Source: an uncultured Planctomycetia bacterium
GTDB lineage: Bacteria > Omnitrophota > Gorgyraeia > 2-02-FULL-51-18
Reading direction: 5' to 3'
Assembly (NCBI GenBank): GCA_964606485.1
Contig: CAZSGP010000001.1
Location: forward strand, 33,085-97,084
DNA length: 64,000 bases
Shown here: one piece after another, positions 28,872-38,230 of the stretch
How positions within the stretch are numbered: the stretch's first letter is position 1
Layout of the letters: each line of letters begins with the position of its first letter
Translations under genes and position numbers: made by a program
Notes under the pieces: model-generated
The model's database searches: none
Told to the model about the DNA's origin: nothing
The model's input: the letters and a program-made list of their open reading frames with translations, nothing else

Positions 28872-30740
28872 CTATCTCAAAACAACTAAAAGAATGACCA
28901 GCACTCCACCCATAATCGAGAGTGTCAGATAATCCTGTAACAATCCATTTTGGATTCCGGACAATACTCGTCCGAGACGCATGACGCTAAAAGCGCTTTG
29001 GTTGACCATGAGGCCATTGATCACCGTGCGGTCAAACCAATCGAGAACCGCACCTAATCTTAGACCCACCTGCTTGACCATAAACGCATACGCATCATCC
29101 AAATAAAATTTATTTTCCAGAACCGAGCGCAAGCCCGAAGGCTTCGATAATTTCTCAAGTGCTTTTTTCGGATCGCGGAATTGCACAAAGGCGATGAGCG
29201 CGGCTGTCACAATTAAAATAGAAGTGGTTACTAGAATTTCAATATTGAGATGCGTTTCTTCACCACCCAGCCAATGCAGAAGCCGACTTCCCATAAAGGA
29301 GGTTCCAGAGAAACCCACAAAAAGTGAAATCAGCGCCAAGCTGACGAGTGGCAGAGCCTTGCAGAATTTGAGCAGCGATGATTCGTGATGCGCTTCATGC
29401 CCATGATGTTTGCCGTGAGACTCTTCCTTTGAAAGCGCGATCACAAAGAATAGTCGGAATGAATAATAAACGGTTAAAAAGCTGACGAGAATGGCTGCGC
29501 CATAGAAAAAGAGACTGTGTTCGCGCAAGGATTCTAGAATCATGTCCTTACTGAAGAATCCGGCAAACGGGAAAATCCCGCAGAGCGAGGCAAGGCCCAG
29601 TGCGAGGGCCGCCATCGAAAGAAGGTCTTTCTTGCCGCCTTTTTTTCCAATTTCAAAAATATCGTTGGTGTGGCATTGGTGAATGAAGGCGCCCGAGGTT
29701 AAGAAAAGAAGCGACTTGAAGTAAGCGTGTGTGGATAAATGAAACATGCCAGCGACCGGTGCGTGTGCGCCAATGCCCATGACCATGAGACCCAGCTGAC
29801 TCACGGTGGAGTAGGCAAGAATCTTTTTGATGTCCCGTTGGACGGTTGCGATCGCCGCGCTCGTGAGCGCTGTGAGTGTGCCGATAACGAGAATCACGTC
29901 TAACGTGTGAGCGGACGCGCTAAATAGACCAAATGCGCGTACCAGTAAGAAAACGCCCGCCGCAACCATGGTGGCGGAGTGAATCAGGGCGCTTACCGGT
30001 GTGGGGCCTTCCATGGCATCCGGGAGCCACACATGAAAGGGGAATTGAGCGGACTTGCCCATGACACCCATGAACACTAAAAGCCCAAGCAGCGTCAACA
30101 TATGAGGCGAGAAAGCCAGTTTTAAATTTTCAGCCGTAAGCAGGGTGAAATTTAAATGCCCAAAGGACAAAAAGAGCAGAACGATGCCCAGATAAAATCC
30201 GAGATCGGCTAGACGGTTAATGACAAATGCTTTGCGGGCGGCCGTCGCGGCACTTGGTTTCTGATACCAAAAACCGATGAGAAGGTAAGACGTTAAACCG
30301 ACAAGCTCCCAGAACAAAAAGGTTTGAAGGAGATTGTTTGAGAGCACCAGTCCCGTCATTGAAAACGAGAAAAAGCTTAAGAATCCAAAGTAGCGCGCGC
30401 GGGACTCATCCTCAGCCATGTAGTAGAACGAAAAGACCTGAACAAAAAAGGCAATGGTGGTGACGAGCGTAATCATTAAAAGATTGATGGGGTCAATCAA
30501 GAAGCCGACCGTTAGCGAATAGGATTCATTGACCGAAAGCCAGAGGCGTTCAAATTGAATGGGGAGCCCCGCTCCGTTTTGGTGAGCCCAGAAAAGGCGA
30601 AGGCTTGCGAGAGCTGCCAGGGCAGCAAAGCCCATGCCCACTGCCGGCGCAATGCGCTTTAAATTTTTAGGTAATAGCTGGATCAATAAAAATGCCACAA
30701 TCGGGGCAAGTTGAATGACCCACAATAACTTTAAATCCAT
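28872..30740 (-). CDS. nuoL: NADH-quinone oxidoreductase subunit L
   Basis: 622-aa subunit with the C-terminal long horizontal helix region. Supported by operon order. Confidence 0.9.
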   Translation of the reverse strand: MDLKLLWVIQLAPIVAFLLIQLLPKNLKRIAPAVGMGFAALAALASLRLFWAHQNGAGLPIQFERLWLSVNESYSLTVGFLIDPINLLMITLVTTIAFFVQVFSFYYMAEDESRARYFGFLSFFSFSMTGLVLSNNLLQTFLFWELVGLTSYLLIGFWYQKPSAATAARKAFVINRLADLGFYLGIVLLFLSFGHLNFTLLTAENLKLAFSPHMLTLLGLLVFMGVMGKSAQFPFHVWLPDAMEGPTPVSALIHSATMVAAGVFLLVRAFGLFSASAHTLDVILVIGTLTALTSAAIATVQRDIKKILAYSTVSQLGLMVMGIGAHAPVAGMFHLSTHAYFKSLLFLTSGAFIHQCHTNDIFEIGKKGGKKDLLSMAALALGLASLCGIFPFAGFFSKDMILESLREHSLFFYGAAILVSFLTVYYSFRLFFVIALSKEESHGKHHGHEAHHESSLLKFCKALPLVSLALISLFVGFSGTSFMGSRLLHWLGGEETHLNIEILVTTSILIVTAALIAFVQFRDPKKALEKLSKPSGLRSVLENKFYLDDAYAFMVKQVGLRLGAVLDWFDRTVINGLMVNQSAFSVMRLGRVLSGIQNGLLQDYLTLSIMGGVLVILLVVLR

Positions 30741-30743
30741 GAC

Positions 30744-31058
30744 TTATCCTTTTAAATCGTTCGCTTTCTCAATGCTGATCGAGTTTTTGACCCGGTACAA
30801 ATAAAGAATCAAGCTTAAACCAATGCTCACTTCCGCGGCGGCCAGAGCGATAATAAAAATCACAAAGACCTGCCCGACGGATTTATCCACTATAGAAAAT
30901 TTATTAAATGCTAAAAAGTTAATGCTCGCCGAATTTAAAATCAGTTCTAGTGAAATCAGAATGGCCACTAAATTGCGGCGAAATAAAAGTCCGGCGATCC
31001 CAATTGAAAAAAGGATTGTGGAAACAAGCAAATAGCTTTGAAGAGATTGGCTTAGCAT
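30744..31058 (-). CDS. nuoK: NADH-quinone oxidoreductase subunit K
   Basis: 104 aa with three TM helices, typical of NuoK. Confidence 0.9.
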   Translation of the reverse strand: MLSQSLQSYLLVSTILFSIGIAGLLFRRNLVAILISLELILNSASINFLAFNKFSIVDKSVGQVFVIFIIALAAAEVSIGLSLILYLYRVKNSISIEKANDLKG

Positions 31059-31549
31059 CAGCTTTTATCTCCCGAGATCACGAGCGCTCCGATAATGGCG
31101 ATGAGAAGCACAACTGAAACCGCTTCAAAGGGAAGAACGGCCTGAGTCATCAACGCGTGACCCACCGTTTTAAGCGAGTAGTCGCCTTCTGTAGAAGTTT
31201 GAGCAAAGCGTGTAGAGCTAATGACTTTCCAAATTCCAAGACCAAGCGCCACGGCTGCCATCACAGAGCGCGCCACTTTTTCTTTGGAGCGAGGCTCGCT
31301 TTCTTTTTGCATGGTTTGAGAGAGCATGATTGCAAAAATAATGGCAATGGAAATTGCGCCGATATAAATAATCACTTCAATCACTGCTAAAAATTCACTG
31401 TTTAAGAAAATGAATATTCCCGCCACACAGAAGAGACAAAGAATCAGCGAGAGCGCGTTGTAGAAAACATTCTTTAGTGCCACGGCTAAAATGGCCGCCG
31501 TGATCATGACCACACAAAGACCGGTGAAAATCCCGTTTGCCAGCATCAT
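31058..31549 (-). CDS. nuoJ: NADH-quinone oxidoreductase subunit J
   Basis: 163 aa. Supported by operon order. Confidence 0.88.
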   Translation of the reverse strand: MMLANGIFTGLCVVMITAAILAVALKNVFYNALSLILCLFCVAGIFIFLNSEFLAVIEVIIYIGAISIAIIFAIMLSQTMQKESEPRSKEKVARSVMAAVALGLGIWKVISSTRFAQTSTEGDYSLKTVGHALMTQAVLPFEAVSVVLLIAIIGALVISGDKS

Positions 31550-32094
31550 GTCGTTGCTCCTGCGGGTGGGGGAGGCGGCGTTGCTGCTGCCGGGGCCGCT
31601 GGTTTTGGAGCGAGTGTCTGACCGGGTGCCAAGAGCGGAATCTTGGTGAGCGGTGTTCCTTTTTTCTCAAAAGGTTCGAGCAAGTCCATAATCATTTCTT
31701 TTTGCGTTATGGCAACCATGTCGTAGTTCGGGGTATCGTGCTTTAAGGCGTCGGTCGGGCAAACATCAATGCACAAACTGCAGAGACTGCAGAGCATGTA
31801 ATTGACTTTAAAATCGGTGAGCACGCGCTTGCCGTCGACGGCACTCTTGCCAACCTCGAGCGACATGCAGCGCGAGGGACAGGTTTTAATGCAGGCGTTA
31901 CAGGCAATGCACTTGTGGTCGTTTGTTTTTTCATCGGTGATGAACGCAATGGGACCTTTGAAGCGCGTCATAGGAATGCGCTCAGTTGGGTAAATCACCG
32001 TCACCGGTTTTTTGAAGAAGTAACGCATTGTCACACCCATACCGGCGATGAGACTGTAAGCGCCTTCCCAGATATCAACTAAATATTTGACCAT
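31546..32094 (-). CDS. nuoI: NADH-quinone oxidoreductase subunit I (2x[4Fe-4S]) with Pro/Ala-rich C-terminal tail
   Basis: CIACNACIKTCP and CSLCSLCIDVCP ferredoxin motifs. The start is set at the internal MVKYLVDIW (the ORF track extends to 32220), giving an ATGA overlap with the nuoH stop. The C-terminal tail reads APKPAAPAAATPPPPPAGATT. Confidence 0.85.
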   Translation of the reverse strand: MVKYLVDIWEGAYSLIAGMGVTMRYFFKKPVTVIYPTERIPMTRFKGPIAFITDEKTNDHKCIACNACIKTCPSRCMSLEVGKSAVDGKRVLTDFKVNYMLCSLCSLCIDVCPTDALKHDTPNYDMVAITQKEMIMDLLEPFEKKGTPLTKIPLLAPGQTLAPKPAAPAAATPPPPPAGATT

Positions 32095-33065
32095 TATTTT
32101 ACAAACAATAAAACGCCTGCCGTTACAAGGAGATTCACGATACCAAACGGAATCAACACTTTCCATGCAAAACTCATGAGCTGATCGCTTCTTAAGCGCG
32201 GAAACGTCCAGCGAATCCACATCACGACGAATACGAGTGCATAAATTTTAATGAGAAGCCAAACAGGACCGGGTAAAAACGGACCTTGCCAGCCACCTAA
32301 GAAAAGTGTCGCTGCGATCGCTGACGAGATAAAAATAGCCGTGTATTCACCAAGGAAAAAGAGCGCAAAGCGCATACCGGAGTACTCGGTGTGAAAGCCG
32401 GCCACAAGTTCGGACTCCGCTTCGGGAATGTCAAACGGCGCACGATTCGCTTCCGCTAAGGCCGAGCAGATGAAAATAACAAATGCCAGCGGCTGAAACA
32501 AAATAAACCAATGATTGGTTTGGGCGAGCACCAAGTCTGTCATTTTAAGTGTCCCAGCAATCATCACGACACCCATGGTCGATAAAAGAAGCGGGATTTC
32601 GTAGGAGATATTTTGCGCCACTGCGCGCATCGACCCCAGTAAGGCGTACTTATTATTAGAAGACCAGCCCGCTGTGAAAATACCGATAAAACTGATGTTG
32701 GTGAGCGAGAAGACGAACAAGAAGCCGACATTTAAGTCTCGCATGATGAAATCTTTAGACAGCGGCAGAATGAGAAACCCACACAGAAGCGGCGCGAAGG
32801 CCAATGCTGGCGCCATGACGTACACGAATTTATCGGCTTGGCTGGGGAGAACAAGCTCTTTGGTGAGTAGCTTGATGGCGTCTGCTACGGTTTGTAAAAG
32901 CCCCTGGGGTCCAACGTGAATGGGGCCACGGCGGATCTGAATACGCGCGGCAACCCGGCGCTCCATCCAGACCAAAAAGAGGGCGTTCACGGAAATAAAT
33001 AAAATTCCGAGTGTTCCGTAAATAACGATTTTTAGAAGTTCTTGAAAATAAAAATTACCAAACAT
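32094..33065 (-). CDS. nuoH: NADH-quinone oxidoreductase subunit H
   Basis: 323-aa NuoH/ND1 family protein (VWMERRVAARIQIRRGP). Confidence 0.92.
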   Translation of the reverse strand: MFGNFYFQELLKIVIYGTLGILFISVNALFLVWMERRVAARIQIRRGPIHVGPQGLLQTVADAIKLLTKELVLPSQADKFVYVMAPALAFAPLLCGFLILPLSKDFIMRDLNVGFLFVFSLTNISFIGIFTAGWSSNNKYALLGSMRAVAQNISYEIPLLLSTMGVVMIAGTLKMTDLVLAQTNHWFILFQPLAFVIFICSALAEANRAPFDIPEAESELVAGFHTEYSGMRFALFFLGEYTAIFISSAIAATLFLGGWQGPFLPGPVWLLIKIYALVFVVMWIRWTFPRLRSDQLMSFAWKVLIPFGIVNLLVTAGVLLFVK

Positions 33066-33136
33066 TTAACATTCCCAATGTAGGGGCGCGGTTTACCGCG
33101 CCCATTTTTGGGCGGGATGAATCCCGCCCCTACGTT

Positions 33137-34759
33137 TTATCGATCGATTTCTGGTAAAACAATATCAATACTTCCCAATACCGCCACCACGTCGGAGACG
33201 AGGCAGCCCGGAAGCATATCCACAATTGCATTCAAATTCGAAAAAGACGGTGTTCTTAGCTTAATCCGGTAAGGATTCAGCGTTCCGTCGCTCACTAAAT
33301 AAATTCCAAATGATCCGCGAGGCGACTCTACCGCCGAGTAATACTCACCCTTCGGCACATTTTTGGGAAGTTTCCCAAGTGTGACCGGTCCTTCGGGCAT
33401 TTGGGAGATTACTTGCTCAATAATTTTTAAACTTTCATGCATTTCCTCGACTCGGACATTGAAGCGCGCAAAAATATCGCCCTCGGTGCGGGTAGGGACT
33501 TTAAAATCAAGTTTCGGATAAATGGAATACGGCTCATTGCGTCTCAAATCAAACTCAACGCCGCAAGCACGTAGCGTTGGCCCTGTTACGCCGTAGGCGA
33601 GAGCGGATTCGCGCTTTAAATAGCCCAGTTTCTGAACGCGGTGTTTGAAAATAACGTTCTTTGTGATCAACGTGTCGTAATCTTTTAAATGTTGGCGAAA
33701 GTGCGGAATAAAGGACTTGATCGCCGGAATCATTTGCGGAGGAATATCTTTGTCGAGCCCGCCAAAGCGGAAATAATCGTAGGTCAAGCGTTCGCCGGTG
33801 GCGAGTTCCAAAATATCTAATAATTTTTCGCGGTCATCAAAGCAATAAAAGAAGGGGGTGAAGGCTCCCAAATCCATTAGGAAAGTTCCAAGCCACAACA
33901 AATGAGAGGTGATGCGGTTTAGTTCTGCGCAAAGCACGCGAATGTATTCGACGCGCGCAGGAGGTTCAATGCCCATGGCTTTTTCAATCGCAATGGCATA
34001 GCCAAAGTTGTAGCTCATCGCACCGATGTAATCAAGTCGACCCATGTTCGGCCAGCAGGCGAGATAATTTTGGATTTCCATCATCTTTTCGTGATGACGG
34101 TGCGAGTAGCCAAGCACCGGCTCGCCGTCTAAGACGCGTTCGCCGTCCAAATGAAGCAAGACGCGCAACACGCCGTGCGTGCTAGGGTGCTGAGGACCCA
34201 AATTCAAATAATAATCTTTTTGGTGTTGCGTGATGGACTTGGGGTATTGAATTTCAAACCCATCTTTGTCTTCATTAATCAGTTTCAAGCTTTGCTCAAC
34301 GTCGGACCCCGCCGGCTCACCCTTAAAGCTTTTTAAGAGCGGGTGAATGGTCGAGCTATCTGGAAGCAAAATTCTTTTTAAGTCCGGGTGTCCTTCAAAA
34401 CGAATGCCGAACATGTCGTACACTTCGCGTTCGAGCCAATTGGCCGCGCTATAGACCGAAGAGATGCTGGGCGCGCTGTTGGCTGCTTTGTCGACGAGAA
34501 TTTTCACGCAGGAGCGCTGAGTGTTTTCATATTTATTGAAGTGATAAACAATTTCAAAGCATTCGGCAAAGTCGACGGCGGTGAGCGATTCTAAAAAATA
34601 CCCTTGAGTCAAATATTCATGCGCAACTTCTTTAATTTTATTTTGCGCGACAATGGCTTCAAAGAGAATTCCCGATTTTTGAATGTCTTTTTCAACAAAT
34701 TCTTCAGGCTTAATGGTTTCTAAAAGCCAGGATTTGATGTTTTTTTCGAGGACGGCCAT
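33137..34759 (-). CDS. nuoCD: fused NADH-quinone oxidoreductase subunits C and D (NuoCD)
   Basis: N-terminal 30-kDa (NuoC) region followed by the 49-kDa NuoD region (LNLGPQHPSTHGVLRV). Total 540 aa. Confidence 0.92.
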   Translation of the reverse strand: MAVLEKNIKSWLLETIKPEEFVEKDIQKSGILFEAIVAQNKIKEVAHEYLTQGYFLESLTAVDFAECFEIVYHFNKYENTQRSCVKILVDKAANSAPSISSVYSAANWLEREVYDMFGIRFEGHPDLKRILLPDSSTIHPLLKSFKGEPAGSDVEQSLKLINEDKDGFEIQYPKSITQHQKDYYLNLGPQHPSTHGVLRVLLHLDGERVLDGEPVLGYSHRHHEKMMEIQNYLACWPNMGRLDYIGAMSYNFGYAIAIEKAMGIEPPARVEYIRVLCAELNRITSHLLWLGTFLMDLGAFTPFFYCFDDREKLLDILELATGERLTYDYFRFGGLDKDIPPQMIPAIKSFIPHFRQHLKDYDTLITKNVIFKHRVQKLGYLKRESALAYGVTGPTLRACGVEFDLRRNEPYSIYPKLDFKVPTRTEGDIFARFNVRVEEMHESLKIIEQVISQMPEGPVTLGKLPKNVPKGEYYSAVESPRGSFGIYLVSDGTLNPYRIKLRTPSFSNLNAIVDMLPGCLVSDVVAVLGSIDIVLPEIDR

Positions 34760-34763
34760 CGGA

Positions 34764-35405
34764 TTATCCTTGCGCCGGGGCCGCTGGCGCTGCCGGAGCG
34801 GGAGGAGGAACTGGTTTTCTAAATTCCGCTCGAGAAATGGCGTTTTTGTATTCGGCCGGGCGATTGTCCTGAGAGTCTTTGACCACCGCAGGCGACATAT
34901 GCGCTTGGAGTTTTCCGGAGATAATTTGTTTTTTGAGTTCTAAGAGTCCGGCAATCAGCGCTTCGGGGCGGGGCGGACAGCCCGGAACGTAAACATTCAC
35001 CGGAATAATTTTATCAATGCCTTCCAAAATGCCGTACTGGCCCGGGTATTTGAATGGACCGCCGGCAGTCGCACAACCACCAAGCGCAATCACATACTTG
35101 GGAGCAGGCATCTGGTCATACAGCGTCTTAATACAAGGAACCATCTTGCGGGAAATCGTCCCAGCCACAATCATTAAGTCCGATTGACGAGGAGAGGGGC
35201 GAGCGACGCCAAAGCCAAAACGGTCTAAATCAAAGCGCGCCGCGCCCCCGGCCATAAATTCAATGGCACAACAGGCTAGTCCAAAGGTGAGCGGCCAGAG
35301 AGAATTTGCGCGCGCCAAATTGAACGCATCTTCCACTCTAAAAAAATTCACAAGACCTGGAGCGGGCGTCTGAGTGTTCATGAGTTCATTCGTGTTTACT
35401 TCCAT
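34764..35405 (-). CDS. nuoB: NADH-quinone oxidoreductase subunit B with Pro/Ala-rich C-terminal tail; start uncertain
   Basis: CCAIEFMA and GCPPRP motifs. The C-terminal tail reads [16 protein letters not shown]. The start is chosen at MEVNTNEL; the ORF track's longer N-terminus would overlap nuoA heavily. Confidence 0.85.
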   Translation of the reverse strand: MEVNTNELMNTQTPAPGLVNFFRVEDAFNLARANSLWPLTFGLACCAIEFMAGGAARFDLDRFGFGVARPSPRQSDLMIVAGTISRKMVPCIKTLYDQMPAPKYVIALGGCATAGGPFKYPGQYGILEGIDKIIPVNVYVPGCPPRPEALIAGLLELKKQIISGKLQAHMSPAVVKDSQDNRPAEYKNAISRAEFRKPVPPPAPAAPAAPAQG

Positions 35406-35761
35406 TCGAACAAGCCCCTTCTCCACGCATACAGAATGGCAAAAGAAAGAATCAGTAGAAAAATCACAAGCTCCAGAAATACGATGGGGCTTAACCACTC
35501 GCGGTAACCGACGAGCACGGGAAAAAGAAATGCGGTTTCTACGTCGAACACTAAAAAGATAAGCGCAAAAAGATAATAGTTAACGTCAAATTGAATCCAA
35601 GCACTACCGATCGGTACTTCCCCGCTCTCGTAAGGATCGGAAGCGCGCTCTCCACGGCTTTTGTGGCTAATGAAAAGAGGAAGAATGGTATTTACGACGA
35701 CAAAGCCGATGCCGATGATCAAAAAACCGAGTACGTAGGAATAATCGTGCAGAAGAGACAT
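35396..35761 (-). CDS. nuoA: NADH-quinone oxidoreductase subunit A
   Basis: 121 aa with three TM helices. It is the first gene of the operon, with a divergent promoter region upstream. Confidence 0.9.
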   Translation of the reverse strand: MSLLHDYSYVLGFLIIGIGFVVVNTILPLFISHKSRGERASDPYESGEVPIGSAWIQFDVNYYLFALIFLVFDVETAFLFPVLVGYREWLSPIVFLELVIFLLILSFAILYAWRRGLFEWK

Positions 35762-35828
35762 TCAAACTCCAAAAGTTTATCCGCAAAGTATATAAAAAGC
35801 GCACTTTGAAGTCAACGCCTCTCGGGTT

Positions 35829-37487
35829 ATGATAGTCGGCGCCTTTATGAGAAAAACAACACTGATTTTTTTAAGCCTGCTTCTTCTAAGCGGAACCTTG
35901 TTCTTTTACCGCTTGGGGAGCCGGACCTTGCGCAATCCAGACGAGGGCCGTTATGCCGAAATCGCCCGTGGGATGGTGTTGCGTCAGGATTGGGTGGAGC
36001 CGAGACTTTTCGGGGTTGATTACCTGAGTAAGCCTGTGCTCTTTTATTGGCTGCTGATGATATCCTTTAAGGTATTTGGGTTCACCGAGTTTGCGGCTCG
36101 ATTCATGCCGGCCTTGTTCGGGCTTCTGGGGGTGATAGCGACTTTTATTTTTGCCAAGCGCTTCTACGGAGAGCGAGCAGCCGTCTTTTCCACACTGATT
36201 TTGGCCACCAACTACTGGTATTTGCAGGTGGGCCGCTACGTTCTCATCGACATGGTTCTGAGCTTTTTTCTGGTAGCGGCTCTGTACTGCTTTTATGCGG
36301 CTCTGCAGATTCCGTCCAAAAGAACTGTTTATTTGACCGCGTTTTATGTGCTGACGGGACTTGCTTTTCTCACGAAGGGGCTTGTTGCTTTGGTGCTCCC
36401 AGGTTTTACGCTGTTTGTTTACGCGTTCTGGACTAAAAACGCCCGCATCATTCTTCTTAAAAAGCATTGGTTTTTCGGCGCGCTCATTGTTCTGGCGGTA
36501 GCTTTGCCCTGGTTTTGGAAAATTTCTGTCGCGGAGCCCGAATTTTTAAATCAATTTTTCTGGCACGAGCATTTCAATCGCTTCGTTTCCAGTGATTTTG
36601 AACATCAAAGCCCCTGGTATTATTTGATTCTGATGACCCCGGTGCTTTTTTTGCCGTGGCCGATTCTTCCGGAGCCATTCTTCTCAAAAAATGTATTTAA
36701 AGAAAAATTTTTACTGGCTGGAATTTTGTGTCCCATTATTTTTTACTCGATTTCAAAAACCAAGCTGCCAACTTATATTTTGCCGGCATTTCCTTTTTTA
36801 GCGATGTGGGTGGGCAGAGCGTGGGCTGATTGGACCCAAGGAGCAAAGTCATCCGTAAAAATTTCCAGCTTCATTTTAGCGGTGCTGTGTCTTGCTGGTT
36901 TAGTGACGGCGATTGGTGCGCCAAGCGTTGGACCGAAGCTCGTCAAAAAATTCCCTATGGAAGCCGCAGAAGATATACAAGAAATGGGTTGGATGCTTAC
37001 GGTGGGTGCTGGTGCCGCTTTTTGGGCACTCAAAAAAAATAGGCGAACACTTGTTTTTGCGGCGCTTGTTGCGACCCTCGCGTTTTCGACCGTGCCCGTC
37101 ATGGAAATGATTCAAAAGAAAAATTCGCTTTATACCACGGAACACTTTGCCAAATATTTAAAGCCTCAGCTAAAGCAGGGTGATCTTGTTCTGCTTTATG
37201 GGTCACCTGGAGCGTTTTATGATTTTCAATTTTACTTGGATCATCCGGTCCAGGTGATGAGTTTGGAAGGGGAGCTTGAGCTTGCCAACGACAACCCTTT
37301 CGAAGATCTAATCGAAAAAGAACAGGTAAAAAGCACAGCATTAAAATACTTAATAAAGAACAAAACTCCTTTTTATTGCCTGATGCGCCGCTCCGATTTC
37401 GAGGGATTTGACGAGGAAACTCGTAAAAATTTAAGCGCCCTTAAAGAAGACCCCAGAAAAATCTTAGTTCAAAGCCGCACGCCTTGA
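35829..37487 (+). CDS. ArnT/PMT-family (GT39/GT83) membrane glycosyltransferase
   Basis: N-terminal DEGRY motif (RNPDEGRYAEIARGM), about 11 TM helices and a C-terminal periplasmic domain. Confidence 0.85.
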   Translation: MIVGAFMRKTTLIFLSLLLLSGTLFFYRLGSRTLRNPDEGRYAEIARGMVLRQDWVEPRLFGVDYLSKPVLFYWLLMISFKVFGFTEFAARFMPALFGLLGVIATFIFAKRFYGERAAVFSTLILATNYWYLQVGRYVLIDMVLSFFLVAALYCFYAALQIPSKRTVYLTAFYVLTGLAFLTKGLVALVLPGFTLFVYAFWTKNARIILLKKHWFFGALIVLAVALPWFWKISVAEPEFLNQFFWHEHFNRFVSSDFEHQSPWYYLILMTPVLFLPWPILPEPFFSKNVFKEKFLLAGILCPIIFYSISKTKLPTYILPAFPFLAMWVGRAWADWTQGAKSSVKISSFILAVLCLAGLVTAIGAPSVGPKLVKKFPMEAAEDIQEMGWMLTVGAGAAFWALKKNRRTLVFAALVATLAFSTVPVMEMIQKKNSLYTTEHFAKYLKPQLKQGDLVLLYGSPGAFYDFQFYLDHPVQVMSLEGELELANDNPFEDLIEKEQVKSTALKYLIKNKTPFYCLMRRSDFEGFDEETRKNLSALKEDPRKILVQSRTP

Positions 37488-37512
37488 CAACCCTATAGAG
37501 CGCGTGTATACT
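37484..37512 (+). promoter_or_regulatory. candidate sigma70 promoter for the lipoprotein gene
   Basis: TTGACA, a 17-nt spacer, then TATACT. Confidence 0.45.
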
Positions 37513-37571
37513 CGCCCACAAAAGGCAGACTTATCATCCATTTTCACTCATTTCAAACGAAGGAAATCTTA

Positions 37572-38105
37572 ATGAAGCGCATTCAATTTGGTCTGGTGAT
37601 GTTTATTTGCGTGGCAGTGCTCAGTGCAGGTTGCTTTAAGAAGTCAAACGAACAGGCGGGCTTAACGGGTCTTGAGAATTCTACTAGCGAAGAATTAGCT
37701 CAGCTTCCTCAAGCCAGCAGCACCTCCACTCAACAGACAGGTGTTGAGGTTCTTCCAATCGAAGCTAGCCCCGTGACTCAGTCTGCGGCGATGGGTATCC
37801 CGGTAACAGCCCCTTCGACCTACTCTTCGACTTCAGCCGTTGAATCCGTTTCAGCTCCTGCGTCTACGGACAAGCTTTCCCGCGACAAGGAAATCCAAAC
37901 CGCTTTGAAAAATGCGGGTCTGTACCACGGAGCTATTGATGGAAAAATTGGTCCTGGCACCAAAAAAGCGATCCAAGCTTTCCAAACAAGCCATGGCCTG
38001 AAGGCAGACGGCAAGGTCGGCCCAAAAACATGGGCGGCTTTAGAGGCTTTTTTAAGCTCGAGCAGCACTTCTTCCACAGCTGCAACGGCATCTAGCCAAC
38101 AGTAA
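37572..38105 (+). CDS. lipoprotein with Ser/Thr-rich linker and C-terminal peptidoglycan-binding domain
   Basis: Lipobox LSAGC. The C-terminus DKEIQTALKNAGLYHGAIDGKIGPGTKKAIQAFQTSHGLKADGKVGPKTWAALE. Same architecture as the ORF at 1040..1474. Confidence 0.85.
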   Translation: MKRIQFGLVMFICVAVLSAGCFKKSNEQAGLTGLENSTSEELAQLPQASSTSTQQTGVEVLPIEASPVTQSAAMGIPVTAPSTYSSTSAVESVSAPASTDKLSRDKEIQTALKNAGLYHGAIDGKIGPGTKKAIQAFQTSHGLKADGKVGPKTWAALEAFLSSSSTSSTAATASSQQ

Positions 38106-38120
38106 GCGATTTTCTTTTAA

Positions 38121-38151
38121 ACCCCCCCGGAGATCCCGGGGGGTTTTTTGT
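38121..38151 (+). terminator. rho-independent terminator
   Basis: CCCCCCCGG-AGAT-CCCGGGGGG hairpin followed by TTTTTTGTTT. Confidence 0.85.
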
Positions 38152-38230
38152 TTCTATTCAATCCTATAAAAATTGTATGTTTTTTAATCAATTCTTAGTA
38201 TAATTATAGGGTTGGAGGGTATGTCTAAGA

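Noticed and set aside
32095-32220. 42-codon N-terminal extension of nuoI in the ORF track
   Set aside because: NuoI homology begins at the internal MVKYLVDIW. The longer start would overlap nuoH by 126 nt, whereas the internal start gives a canonical ATGA coupling.
35886-36467. 193-aa minus-strand ORF inside the ArnT-like gene
   Set aside because: It is antisense to a confidently called 11-TM glycosyltransferase gene and has no recognisable features.
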